Positions 17,290-26,333 of a stretch of 61,730 nt of DNA are shown in pieces; position 1 is the first letter of the stretch; every line of letters begins with the position of its first letter. The stretch is taken from the IMG/VR virus record IMGVR_UViG_3300042465_001781, positions 1 to 61,730 of that record, one strand, 5' to 3'. The DNA is from a virus (lineage: Duplodnaviria > Caudoviricetes). The notes under the pieces are model-generated. The model did no database searches. It worked only from the letters and a program-made list of their open reading frames with translations, and was not told the DNA's origin. A program made the position numbers and the translations under genes.

Positions 17290-18288
17290 ATGGCTACTAA
17301 AGTTGAAGACGACGATTTTGAGTTTTCTGACGAGCAGGAAACAAAAAAAGAAACAGCTAAGGCTGCTGCTGAAGATAATCTAAGTTTTGAGATTGAAGAT
17401 GACACTCCCGTTGAGGACCGTGGCCGCAAGCCCATGAAAGCTCCGCCGGAAGACCCGACGGAAGATGAATTGGCCTCTTACGACGAGAAGGTCAAGCAAC
17501 GCATCAACAAGTTCACTCGTGGCTATCACGACGAACGCCGAGCCAAGGAAGAAGCACTGCGGGAACGCCAAGCTGCTGAAGCCTATGCCCGTCAGATGTT
17601 GGACGAGAACAAGAAACTTCAACAGCAGCTTGCTACTGGCAGCGTGGCTTATATCGAGCAGTCAAAATCGTCTGCTGATATTGAGTTGAACGCGGCCAAG
17701 AAGAAATACAAAGAGGCTTATGACGCTGGGGACCCAGATTCTCTCGCCGACGCACAAGCTGAAATCACCCGTGCCACTCTGAAAGCAGAGCGCGTGCAGG
17801 CGATGAAGCCTATTGAGGTCGATGAGAAAGAGTACGCTCCGGCCCCCACAGCACCTAAGTTGGATACTCGCACCGCCAAATGGGTGCAAAATAACGACAG
17901 TTGGTGGGGTAAAGACGAAGAAATGACGATGGCAGCTACCGGGCTTGACAAAAAACTTGCGCGGGAGTATGGTCCTGAATATGTGGGTACTGAAGAGTAC
18001 TTTAAAACCATCGATAAAACGATGCGCAAACGATTTCCTGAGCATTTTGAAGATGTTCAGAGCGATGAGGAAGAAGACACTCCTCGGAGAAAAGTGTCAG
18101 AACCGGCTTACGAGGATGAAACCCCGCGCCGTGCAACAAAACCAAGCTCCGTTGTGGCTCCGGCTACACGTAGCACTCCGCCTAATCGCATTAAGTTGAA
18201 GGCATCCGAAGCAGCGATAGCTCGCCGTCTTGGGGTTCCGTTAGAACAGTATGCTAAACAGGTTGCTTTGCTGAAAAGAGGTGAATAA
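17290..18288 (+). CDS. Putative capsid scaffolding protein
   Basis: Acidic coiled-coil protein upstream of the capsid genes. Confidence 0.6.
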   Translation: MATKVEDDDFEFSDEQETKKETAKAAAEDNLSFEIEDDTPVEDRGRKPMKAPPEDPTEDELASYDEKVKQRINKFTRGYHDERRAKEEALRERQAAEAYARQMLDENKKLQQQLATGSVAYIEQSKSSADIELNAAKKKYKEAYDAGDPDSLADAQAEITRATLKAERVQAMKPIEVDEKEYAPAPTAPKLDTRTAKWVQNNDSWWGKDEEMTMAATGLDKKLAREYGPEYVGTEEYFKTIDKTMRKRFPEHFEDVQSDEEEDTPRRKVSEPAYEDETPRRATKPSSVVAPATRSTPPNRIKLKASEAAIARRLGVPLEQYAKQVALLKRGE

Positions 18289-18767
18289 TGGAAAACGCTA
18301 AAACTCCCGAAAAGGGACAAAACCGACTTGCCCGCGAATTGGATACCCGAGAAGCGTATGCACGCCCACAAGCGTGGCGTCCGCCGGAAGTCCTGCCTAG
18401 CCCAGACCCTCGTGAAGGTTGGTCTCACCGCTGGGTTCGTATGTCAACAAACGGTGTGGCCGATCCTAGTAACATTTCTTCTAAGCTCCGCGAAGGTTAC
18501 GAGCCCTGCAAAGGTGACGAGTACCCCGAGCTAATGATGCACGCTACTACTGAAGGTCGTTTCAAAGGCGGCATTGAAGTGGGTGGTTTGTTGCTCTGCC
18601 GCATCCCGGCTGAGTTTTTGGTCCAACGTGATAGACACTATTACGAAAAGAACAAAGCCCAAATGGAATCCGTGGACAACAATTTTCTTGGTGAGAGAGA
18701 CGGTCGATCAAATATGGCGTTATTCGCCGATAAAAAATCGAAAGTCACTTTCGGTTCTGGTTCTTAA
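18288..18767 (+). CDS. Conserved head-module hypothetical protein
   Basis: ORF track; synteny. Confidence 0.7.
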   Translation: MENAKTPEKGQNRLARELDTREAYARPQAWRPPEVLPSPDPREGWSHRWVRMSTNGVADPSNISSKLREGYEPCKGDEYPELMMHATTEGRFKGGIEVGGLLLCRIPAEFLVQRDRHYYEKNKAQMESVDNNFLGERDGRSNMALFADKKSKVTFGSGS

Positions 18768-18782
18768 TTTAGGAGTCCTTAA

Positions 18783-19385
18783 ATGGCATCTACTGCTTCT
18801 CCCTACGGGCTTCGTCCCGTTAATCGTACCGACGGCATGCCTTATGCTGGCGCTACGAGTCAGTTCCTGATCGACCCTGCTGGTGAAGCGACAAACCTGT
18901 TTTACGGGCAAGTCGTTATCATCGGTGCGGACGGTTATATCGCTCTGTCTACTGCTACCGGCGCAGACTTGACCACCAATAACCTTGGTGGAAATGAAAT
19001 GGGCGCTTGGGGCGTGTTCGTCGGTTGTTCTTTCGTTAACGCGCAAGGCCAACAAATGTTTAGCCAGTACTACCCTTCCGGCACAACCGGCGTGGTGACT
19101 GCGTATGTCATTACCGACGCTAGCGTGACGTTCCAAGCTCAACTGGACGGCGTTGCTGACCAGTCGGACCTCGGCGCGAACACTTTCTTTGCTGCTGTCC
19201 AGTCTACTTCTACAGGTTCTACCCGTTCAGGTAACTCGACCAGCGCACTGGAGTCAACCACTGTGACCACTGCCGCCGCGTTCAAAATCATTGGTTTCGC
19301 TTCCCCAGTGACCGATGCTTTCCCAGACGTGCTGGTTAAGTTCAATCCCGGCGCTTCTGCCTTTACTAACGCCGTTGGCATCTAA
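18783..19385 (+). CDS. Putative capsid decoration/cement protein
   Basis: Ala/Thr/Gly-rich beta-type protein directly upstream of the major capsid gene; strong RBS. Confidence 0.6.
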   Translation: MASTASPYGLRPVNRTDGMPYAGATSQFLIDPAGEATNLFYGQVVIIGADGYIALSTATGADLTTNNLGGNEMGAWGVFVGCSFVNAQGQQMFSQYYPSGTTGVVTAYVITDASVTFQAQLDGVADQSDLGANTFFAAVQSTSTGSTRSGNSTSALESTTVTTAAAFKIIGFASPVTDAFPDVLVKFNPGASAFTNAVGI

Positions 19386-19396
19386 GGAGCACATAA

Positions 19397-20311
19397 ATGG
19401 CTATTTCACGCGCACAACTGCTTAAAGAATTGCTCCCCGGCCTGAACGCTTTGTTTGGTATGGAGTACGCTCGTTACGGCGAGCAGCATAAAGAAATCTA
19501 CGAAAGCGAAACCTCTGAGCGTTCGTTTGAAGAAGAGACAAAACTGTCCGGCTTCAACACCGCTCCGGTGAAGAACGAGGGCTCAGCCATTGCCTATGAC
19601 AATGCGCAAGAGGCTTGGTCTACTCGCTATACGCACGAAACCATCGCCCTTGGCTTCAGTATCACTGAAGAAGCTATCGAAGATAATCTCTACGACAGCC
19701 TGTCTTCACGCTACACCAAGTCGCTGGCTCGCGCTATGGCTAACACCAAACAGGTCAAGTCTGCTGCTGTCCTGAACAACGGTTTCACCAACAACTCCGC
19801 TTATTACGGTGGTGATGGCGTGCCTTTGTTCTCTACAGCGCACCCGCTGGTTTCTGGTGGTACCAACGCCAACGCCCCGTCAGTCGGTGTCGATTTGAAC
19901 GAGACTTCTTTGGAAGCCGCCGTTATTCAGATCGCTGCATGGACCGATGAGCGCGGTATGCTGATTGCTGCCAAGCCCCGCAAGATGATTGTTCCTCCTG
20001 CTCTGCAATTCGTTGCTACTCGTCTGTTGGAAACCAGCCTCCGTGTTGGCACCGCTGACAACGACATCAACGCAATCAAGAACAATGGTTCGGTCTCTGA
20101 AGGCTACACCATCAACAACTTCTTGACCGACACCAATGCTTGGTTCCTGACCACAGACGTGCCTAACGGTATGAAGCATTTTGTCCGCACCCCGCTGCAA
20201 AACAGCATGGACGGCGATTTCGACACCGGCAACGTGCGTTACAAGGCCCGCGAGCGTTATTCGTTCGGCTGGTCTGACCCACTGGGTATGTGGGGCTCGT
20301 CCGGTTCGTAA
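19397..20311 (+). CDS. Major capsid protein
   Basis: 304 aa; DGVPLFSTAHP and RERYSFGWSD motifs; strong RBS; followed by a terminator. Confidence 0.88.
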   Translation: MAISRAQLLKELLPGLNALFGMEYARYGEQHKEIYESETSERSFEEETKLSGFNTAPVKNEGSAIAYDNAQEAWSTRYTHETIALGFSITEEAIEDNLYDSLSSRYTKSLARAMANTKQVKSAAVLNNGFTNNSAYYGGDGVPLFSTAHPLVSGGTNANAPSVGVDLNETSLEAAVIQIAAWTDERGMLIAAKPRKMIVPPALQFVATRLLETSLRVGTADNDINAIKNNGSVSEGYTINNFLTDTNAWFLTTDVPNGMKHFVRTPLQNSMDGDFDTGNVRYKARERYSFGWSDPLGMWGSSGS

Positions 20312-20351
20312 TTGACCGGCAGGCTGGGTGGGGGGTTCCCCGCCGTCCACT

Positions 20352-20377
20352 AAAAGGCTCCTTCGGGAGCCTTTTTT
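20352..20377 (+). terminator. Rho-independent terminator after the capsid gene
   Basis: AAAAGGCTCC-(C)TTCG-GGAGCC-TTTTTT. Confidence 0.88.
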
Positions 20378-20381
20378 GTTG

Positions 20382-20409
20382 TTGACAGAATTTGTAGTTG
20401 GTGTATATT
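20382..20409 (+). promoter_or_regulatory. Possible sigma70 promoter TTGACA-16-TATATT
   Basis: Perfect -35 immediately after the terminator. Confidence 0.55.
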
Positions 20410-20417
20410 GCAGCTAT

Positions 20418-20491
20418 TCCGGGCCTTCCGGTGTATCAGACAGTCCCGGCTGACGACATGCAGACTGATACGCCCAACTTGCATGTAAGGA
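20418..20491 (+). ncRNA. Candidate doubly pseudoknotted leader RNA
   Basis: Four compatible pairings read by hand (see findings). Confidence 0.55.
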
Positions 20492-20498
20492 CCAAATC

Positions 20499-21071
20499 AT
20501 GGCATTGACCACATTCTCCGGCCCAGTCTCTTCCCTCAACGGTTTTATCACCACGATTTCCAATTCTTCCACTGGTGCCTCCGCCTTTAATGCGGGTGCA
20601 ACTGCCGTCACGATGACAGGTGTTGGAGGCACGGGCGGGCGCACGCTGTTCCAGATGGGCACTAACGTCGCTCTGGGTTCGTTTTCTAACGCGCTGAAAG
20701 CCGAAGTCACTTACGGTGCTACTGGCCGCACGACTGGTCTGGGTTCAGCCTTTGTTGCTGAGTTGACCCTTTCTGCCGGTACTACTTCTGGCACCTACGC
20801 TCCTGTTGAAATCGAGTTGAACGCTGGCACTGGCGCTTCTACTGGCGGAGCAACTTCAATGATTTACGCTTCGGTTAACGGCGATGGCGCTGCTACTGTT
20901 GACACCAACGGCTACCTGCTGAATCTGGCGGGCGTGACTGTTGCTGCTGCCAAATTGGCTGCTACTGGCACAATTACCAACGTCAACGAAATTACGCACG
21001 GCCTTCGTGTAAAAATTGCTGGCAGTGACTACTACCTGCTGGCCGCTACTGCCGCTAACTTCAACGCCTAA
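20499..21071 (+). CDS. Putative head fibre/decoration protein (MALTTFSGPV...)
   Basis: Ala/Gly/Thr-rich; follows the capsid gene. Confidence 0.6.
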   Translation: MALTTFSGPVSSLNGFITTISNSSTGASAFNAGATAVTMTGVGGTGGRTLFQMGTNVALGSFSNALKAEVTYGATGRTTGLGSAFVAELTLSAGTTSGTYAPVEIELNAGTGASTGGATSMIYASVNGDGAATVDTNGYLLNLAGVTVAAAKLAATGTITNVNEITHGLRVKIAGSDYYLLAATAANFNA

Positions 21072-21235
21072 TGGCTGCGTTGGATAAGGACTACCTGTTG
21101 GGTTTGAGGAATCAGGCGCTTGAGCAAAGGCAAAAGTATCTGGACCTTATCCAACAGGCTAACGGAGCAATCGCAATGGTGGATGTTTTGTTGACCGAAT
21201 TAGATCGACCATCAGCAGAGCATAAAGAGGATTAA
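21071..21235 (+). CDS. Small coiled-coil protein (MAALDKDYLL...), 54 aa
   Basis: Translated by hand; TAATG overlap. Confidence 0.6.
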   Translation: MAALDKDYLLGLRNQALEQRQKYLDLIQQANGAIAMVDVLLTELDRPSAEHKED

Positions 21236-21237
21236 TT

Positions 21238-21549
21238 ATGTCAATGCAAACAGACGTACTGCTGACCCAACCCCTTGGCAGTTCAAATACGTTTAAAACT
21301 CAGTCCGGCGCTGTTTTAGGCCCCTGCCGCATTAAAGCAATATACGGTACTTCCGCCGCTTTGGCGGGCACGGTTGTGCTGTATGACGGTGCTAGCAATG
21401 CGGGAAAAGCTATTGGGACGATCAGCACACCAACGGCTGCAAACGGCGGTACGTACTACCTGCTGCTGCCGGGTGAAGGCATACTGGCACGCACAGGTGT
21501 GTACGCGGTAATCACCAATGTTGATTCGGCGATGCTTGTTTATGGCTAA
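21238..21549 (+). CDS. Putative virion structural protein
   Basis: ORF track; late block. Confidence 0.65.
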   Translation: MSMQTDVLLTQPLGSSNTFKTQSGAVLGPCRIKAIYGTSAALAGTVVLYDGASNAGKAIGTISTPTAANGGTYYLLLPGEGILARTGVYAVITNVDSAMLVYG

Positions 21550-21856
21550 AACCCCAGCATGGACACGCAAAGAGGGCAAGTCAGAGAAGGGCGGCTTGAA
21601 CGCGAAGGGCCGTGCCTCGGCCAAAGCGCAAGGCATGAACTTGAAGCCTCCCCAACCCGAGGGCGGCAGCAGGCGCGACTCTTTCTGCGCCCGGATGGAG
21701 GGCATGAAGAAGAAGCTCACCAGCGCCAAAACAGCCAAAGACCCGGACAGCCGTATTAACAAAAGCCTACGGGCATGGAACTGCGCTGAAGGTGGATATG
21801 TATCTACAGCAGATGGTGTAGCCCAGCGCGGGAAAACCCGTGGAAAGATGTGCTGA
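21542..21856 (+). CDS. Basic hypothetical protein (SFCARM...LRAWNC core) with C-terminal ADGVAQRGKTRGKMC tag
   Basis: ORF track trimmed to MAKTPAW. Confidence 0.75.
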   Translation: MAKTPAWTRKEGKSEKGGLNAKGRASAKAQGMNLKPPQPEGGSRRDSFCARMEGMKKKLTSAKTAKDPDSRINKSLRAWNCAEGGYVSTADGVAQRGKTRGKMC

Positions 21857-21857
21857 T

Positions 21858-22100
21858 ATGAGTACGCCAGAAATCCTTACCGCTCGTGAACTTGCCACCC
21901 ATGCTGCTGATATCAAGCACATGCAGGAAGACATGGACAAGATGCTTGAGAGCATGAAATCCATGCAGGTCACGCTGACATCCATAAACTCCACCCTGTC
22001 TGAAGCCAAAGGTGGCTGGAAAGTGCTGATGTTGGTTGGCGGTGCAGCCGGTACGGTTGGCGCAGGTATTGTCCAGTTAGTTCATTGGTGGAGTAAATAA
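21858..22100 (+). CDS. Coiled-coil protein with C-terminal transmembrane helix
   Basis: ORF track trimmed. Confidence 0.7.
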   Translation: MSTPEILTARELATHAADIKHMQEDMDKMLESMKSMQVTLTSINSTLSEAKGGWKVLMLVGGAAGTVGAGIVQLVHWWSK

Positions 22101-22585
22101 TGCCAGCGACAAGTAAAAAACAAAAGGCGTTTATGGACGCCGCAGCCCACAACCCAGCATTTGCCAAGAAGGCGGGTGTGCCAGTAGCGGTTGCTAAAGA
22201 TTTTAGCAAGGAAAGCAAAGGCATCAAGTTTGGTGGCCCAAAGACCAGACCTGATCTTCAGAAGGTAAACGAGCCAAAAACTCGTCAAGGTAAGACTGAA
22301 CTTTTTTCAAAAGGTGGCGACATGAAAGAATCCAAAGCAATGATGAAGAAGGAAGTTAGCTTTATGAAAAAAGCTGGCGCTCCCAAATCCATGATTAAGC
22401 ACGAGAAAGCCGAAGCTGGCATGAAAAAAGGCGGTATGCCTCCTGCTCTGGCTAAACATGCAGCCAAACCCGCTTCTGTTGCCCACAAGGGTCTCAAGTC
22501 CGGTGGCGCAGTTAACGGCATTGCCACCAAGGGTAAAACCAAGGGTACGATGATTAAAATGGCTCGCGGCGGTAAGTCCTGCTAA
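22100..22585 (+). CDS. Lys-rich protein with repeated xxGG motifs
   Basis: ORF track. Confidence 0.75.
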   Translation: MPATSKKQKAFMDAAAHNPAFAKKAGVPVAVAKDFSKESKGIKFGGPKTRPDLQKVNEPKTRQGKTELFSKGGDMKESKAMMKKEVSFMKKAGAPKSMIKHEKAEAGMKKGGMPPALAKHAAKPASVAHKGLKSGGAVNGIATKGKTKGTMIKMARGGKSC

Positions 22586-22599
22586 TCTAAGGAGCCATC

Positions 22600-23364
22600 A
22601 TGGCAAGCAAAAAAACGGGCCGTTTGGCCGGACTCGCAGCACTGGCTGGCGCAGCTTATCTGGCTAACAAAAAAGGTATGTTTGGCGGTAAGGGCGAAGG
22701 TAAGGGCGATACAAGTACCGCAGCGGACCGCGAAGACGCTGAAATGGGCGCGGCAATGAGGGCTAATGCAGCCTCCAAAAGCAAATCTGATGATTTCAGC
22801 ATGGCTGGCGAAGGTGGCTTTGATGCTCCTGCGGACATGAGCCGTGTTGAGCGTACTGGCACGCCAGCGGCAGTAGCTACTCGCCCTGCAACACCTACCG
22901 CAACCCCACGGGCTGAACGATTCGCCCCTAGCGGCTCTCCTGTACTTAGCAGCGGTGCTGGCAGTGGTGGCCCAAGAACAATTGGGCTTGGCCGTTCTAG
23001 CGGTCGTGGTGGTGCTGAAGCCGGTGAAGAAGCCGCTTATAAATCAGCTAAACAAGCCCAAGCACTTAAAGACTTCAGTGCCAAACGTCCCGGCATCATG
23101 GCTCGTATGCGCGAGAAAGACAAAGCAATGATGGAAGACGGCGGCAAGTCGATGGTAGATCGCCAAGATGCCGGAGCCAAGAAAGCAGGTCTCAGCGTTG
23201 ACGATTACTACAAGAGCGGCAAAGCTCAAATTGACAAGCAGGATGAAACATTTAAGCGTGGTGGTGTTATCAAGAAGATGGCTTCTGGCGGCATGACCTC
23301 TTCAGCCTCTAAACGTGCAGATGGTATCGCCACTAAAGGCAAAACTCGTGGAAAGATTTGCTAA
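22600..23364 (+). CDS. Low-complexity protein with C-terminal ADGIATKGKTRGKIC tag
   Basis: ORF track; AAGGAG RBS. Confidence 0.75.
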   Translation: MASKKTGRLAGLAALAGAAYLANKKGMFGGKGEGKGDTSTAADREDAEMGAAMRANAASKSKSDDFSMAGEGGFDAPADMSRVERTGTPAAVATRPATPTATPRAERFAPSGSPVLSSGAGSGGPRTIGLGRSSGRGGAEAGEEAAYKSAKQAQALKDFSAKRPGIMARMREKDKAMMEDGGKSMVDRQDAGAKKAGLSVDDYYKSGKAQIDKQDETFKRGGVIKKMASGGMTSSASKRADGIATKGKTRGKIC

Positions 23365-23366
23365 TC

Positions 23367-23579
23367 ATGGCAACTAAAGAAGAACTCCTGCAAGCGGCTA
23401 AAGACGCTAAAGACCAGCCTAAGATCGACGCGGCGTATAGCGCTTCGCTGACTAGCACTGAAGAAAAACCAGCGGCAAAGCCAGCCCCCGCACCTAAGCC
23501 CAAGAAAATGGCTAAAGGCGGCGTAACTCGTGCTGATGGCTGCATCTCCAAGGGCCATACAAAAGGTCGGATGGTATGA
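23367..23579 (+). CDS. Small protein with MAKGG...ADGCISKGHTKG tag
   Basis: ORF track trimmed. Confidence 0.7.
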   Translation: MATKEELLQAAKDAKDQPKIDAAYSASLTSTEEKPAAKPAPAPKPKKMAKGGVTRADGCISKGHTKGRMV

Positions 23580-23854
23580 GGCCGAGCCGTGGCATGGGGG
23601 ACATCAACCCCAAGAAGATGCCCAAAGCCCGAGTCGTGAAGAAGCGGGACGGCGATTACCCAGTGGATATGTACGCCGAAGGCGGCAGTGTCAATGCGGC
23701 TGGCAATTACACGAAGCCAGAACTGCGTAAGCGTATCGTGAGCCAAGTCAAAGCCGCCGCGACTCATGGCACGGGGGCAGGCCAGTGGAGCGCGAGAAAA
23801 GCCCAGCTTGTGGCTAAGAAGTACAAAGCCGCAGGCGGTTCGTACAAGGACTAA
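23576..23854 (+). CDS. Basic hypothetical protein (NYTKPELR...GQWSARKAQ)
   Basis: ORF track. Confidence 0.7.
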   Translation: MRPSRGMGDINPKKMPKARVVKKRDGDYPVDMYAEGGSVNAAGNYTKPELRKRIVSQVKAAATHGTGAGQWSARKAQLVAKKYKAAGGSYKD

Positions 23855-23855
23855 A

Positions 23856-24089
23856 GTGAAAGCACCGCAGAAATCCCTCAAGGACTGGGGCGACCAGAAG
23901 TGGCGCACCAAGTCTGGCAAACCGTCTTCCAAGACGGGGGAGCGGTATTTGCCTGAGAAAGCCATACAATCACTTAGCCCTGCCGAGTACGCTGCAACCA
24001 CAAAGGCCAAGCGTACAGGTAAAGCAGCAGGCAAGCAGTTTGTGGCGCAGCCCAAGCGTATTGCAAAGAAAACAGCAGGGTTTAGATAA
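23856..24089 (+). CDS. Basic hypothetical protein (QKSLKDWGDQKW...ERYLP)
   Basis: ORF track trimmed to the GTG at 23856. Confidence 0.7.
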   Translation: MKAPQKSLKDWGDQKWRTKSGKPSSKTGERYLPEKAIQSLSPAEYAATTKAKRTGKAAGKQFVAQPKRIAKKTAGFR

Positions 24090-24778
24090 TGGCAACCTCC
24101 GGCACCACAGCATTTAACCTAGACCTCGTTGAGTTGGTCGAGGAGGCGTTTGAGCGTTGCGGTGGTGAACTGCGCACGGGTTACGACCTCAAAACAGCGC
24201 GGCGTTCTTTGAACCTGCTGTTCGCCGACTGGGCTAATCGCGGCATCAACATGTGGACGTTTGAGCAAGGCTCAATTACGTTGGTTCCGGGCACGGCGAC
24301 ATACAACCTGCCCACAGACACCGTTGACCTCTTGGAGCACGTTATTCGTACGGGTGCAGGCAATGCAGCCACACAGGCCGATCTTACGATTACACGCATT
24401 AGCGTCTCCACATACGCTACGCTGCCTAACAAGCTCCAGCAAGCTCGCCCTATCCAAGTATGGATTGAGCGCTTGGACACCCCGCGCATCACTGTGTGGC
24501 CTGTCCCTGATGCCAGCCAGACCTACACCTTTGTGTACTGGCGCTTGAAGAGAATTGATGATGCTGGTAGCGGTGTGAACACAATGGATATCCCGTTTCG
24601 GTTCCTGCCCTGTATGGTGGCTGGCTTGGCCTACTACTTGGCTATGAAAGTGCCGGGTGGCACTGAGCGTCTGATGGTGCTCAAACAGCAGTATGACGAA
24701 GCTTGGGCTCTCGCTGCGGAAGAAGATCGTGAAAAAGCTGCGGTGCGCTTTGTGCCGCGCCAGATGTTTATAAATTGA
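24089..24778 (+). CDS. Putative head-tail adaptor / tail tubular protein
   Basis: Size, position and helical N- and C-termini typical of adaptors. Confidence 0.6.
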   Translation: MATSGTTAFNLDLVELVEEAFERCGGELRTGYDLKTARRSLNLLFADWANRGINMWTFEQGSITLVPGTATYNLPTDTVDLLEHVIRTGAGNAATQADLTITRISVSTYATLPNKLQQARPIQVWIERLDTPRITVWPVPDASQTYTFVYWRLKRIDDAGSGVNTMDIPFRFLPCMVAGLAYYLAMKVPGGTERLMVLKQQYDEAWALAAEEDREKAAVRFVPRQMFIN

Positions 24779-24779
24779 C

Positions 24780-25172
24780 ATGGGCAATAGGTTTGCCAGT
24801 GGTAAGAATGCAATTAGCGAATGTGACCGCTGTGGGCAACGCTATAAGCTAAAACTGCTGAAAAAAGAAGTTGTCAAGACTAAGACGTACAATTTGCTTG
24901 TGTGTCCAGAGTGCTGGGACCCAGATCAACCACAATTGCAATTGGGTATGTACCCAGTTAGCGACCCACAAGGCTTGCGTGATCCCCGCCCAGACCGTAG
25001 CTACGTAGCTTCTGGACTCTTGGCAGACGGCAATCAAGGTGAGGGTAGCCGGAATATCCAGTGGGGCTGGAACCCAGTAGGTGGGTCTAGGTTTTTCGAT
25101 GATGCACTAACGCCGAATCTCTTGGCTTTAGCGGCACAAGTTGGTACAGTAACGATACAGATTGGAGCTTAA
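24780..25172 (+). CDS. Hypothetical protein with CxxC...CxxC zinc motif
   Basis: CDRCG...CPEC. Confidence 0.7.
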   Translation: MGNRFASGKNAISECDRCGQRYKLKLLKKEVVKTKTYNLLVCPECWDPDQPQLQLGMYPVSDPQGLRDPRPDRSYVASGLLADGNQGEGSRNIQWGWNPVGGSRFFDDALTPNLLALAAQVGTVTIQIGA

Positions 25173-25173
25173 A

Positions 25174-25362
25174 ATGGCGTTCACAAAATCCGCAGATGGC
25201 ATAGCCTCCAAAGGCAAGACCAAGGGTAAAAACCTTGGCGATAGTGGCCCGACAGTTTCTATCCAAAAAGGTGGCAAGGGCGGCGCTGGCGGCAAGACTG
25301 ATGCCGACATGCTTAAACTTGGCCGTGGTCTGGCTAAAGTTGCAAACCAAAAGCGAGGCTAA
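25174..25362 (+). CDS. Small basic protein with N-terminal ADGIASKGKTKGK motif
   Basis: ORF track trimmed; GGAG RBS. Confidence 0.7.
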   Translation: MAFTKSADGIASKGKTKGKNLGDSGPTVSIQKGGKGGAGGKTDADMLKLGRGLAKVANQKRG

Positions 25363-25364
25363 TC

Positions 25365-25637
25365 ATGGCTAAATTCAGCATGAAAAAAGACGGCAAAGAA
25401 GTTGGCCCAGCTAGCGTATACGCCAAGCCCCACACTATGGACGGCAAGGCTGGTACGGGTGCCAAAGTTATGCAAGACCCGAACAAACTTGCTGCCGACA
25501 AAATGACAAAGCAAACAGCTACACCCCGTGTAAGTATGGGTGACCCCGCTGCCGATAATGTCAAAACCTCGGGCATTAAAATCCGTGGCACTGGCTGCGC
25601 TACCAAGGGCTTGATGGCTCGCGGGCCGATGGCATAA
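25365..25637 (+). CDS. Small basic protein (…RGTGCATKG)
   Basis: ORF track. Confidence 0.7.
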   Translation: MAKFSMKKDGKEVGPASVYAKPHTMDGKAGTGAKVMQDPNKLAADKMTKQTATPRVSMGDPAADNVKTSGIKIRGTGCATKGLMARGPMA

Positions 25638-25640
25638 AGT

Positions 25641-26333
25641 ATGAACTATACGCAGCTTGTCGCGGCCATTGAGTCGTACACGGAGAATCAGTTCCCAGCC
25701 ACAACTCTGGCGGACGGCTCCACCGTGTCCAGCACACAACAGATTAACCGTCTGATTGAGCAGGCCGAGCAGCGTATATACAACTCAGTGCAGTTCCCGT
25801 CGATTCGCAAGAACGTGACTGGCAGCATCACAGCCAACAACAAGTACTTGGCTTGTCCGAGTGACTTTCTGGCGGTGTACTCCATTGCGGTCATTGATGC
25901 ACTCGGGGTGTACGAGTTCTTGCTGAACAAGGATGTGAACTTCATCCGCCAAGCATATCCACAGCCAACAGACACGGCGCAGCCCAAGTACTACGCTTTG
26001 TTTGGACCACAGACCAATGACCCAAATGAGTTGACGTTCATCCTTGGCCCAACTCCAAACCTGACGTACGGCGTCGAACTGCACTATTACTACTACCCTG
26101 AGTCGATTACCGTAGCTGCCTCGGGTCAAACGTGGTTGGGTGATAACTTTGACTCCGTGCTGCTGTATGGCAGCTTGGTTGAGGCGTACACGTACATGAA
26201 AGGCGAAACCGATCTGGTCACCCTTTACAACACCAAGTACAACGAAGCTCTCGCACTTGCAAAACGTCTGGGTGATGGTATGGAGCGTCAAGACGCCTAC
26301 CGCAGTGGACAAGTTAGGATCGCAGTAACATGA
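25641..26333 (+). CDS. Second adaptor-like / tail tubular protein
   Basis: PKYYA...LGPTP...YYY.P..LLYGSLVEAY pattern; synteny. Confidence 0.6.
   Translation: MNYTQLVAAIESYTENQFPATTLADGSTVSSTQQINRLIEQAEQRIYNSVQFPSIRKNVTGSITANNKYLACPSDFLAVYSIAVIDALGVYEFLLNKDVNFIRQAYPQPTDTAQPKYYALFGPQTNDPNELTFILGPTPNLTYGVELHYYYYPESITVAASGQTWLGDNFDSVLLYGSLVEAYTYMKGETDLVTLYNTKYNEALALAKRLGDGMERQDAYRSGQVRIAVT

Noticed and set aside
20450-20456. CTGACGA as a hammerhead ribozyme core
   Set aside because: No matching GAAA core segment or three-stem arrangement
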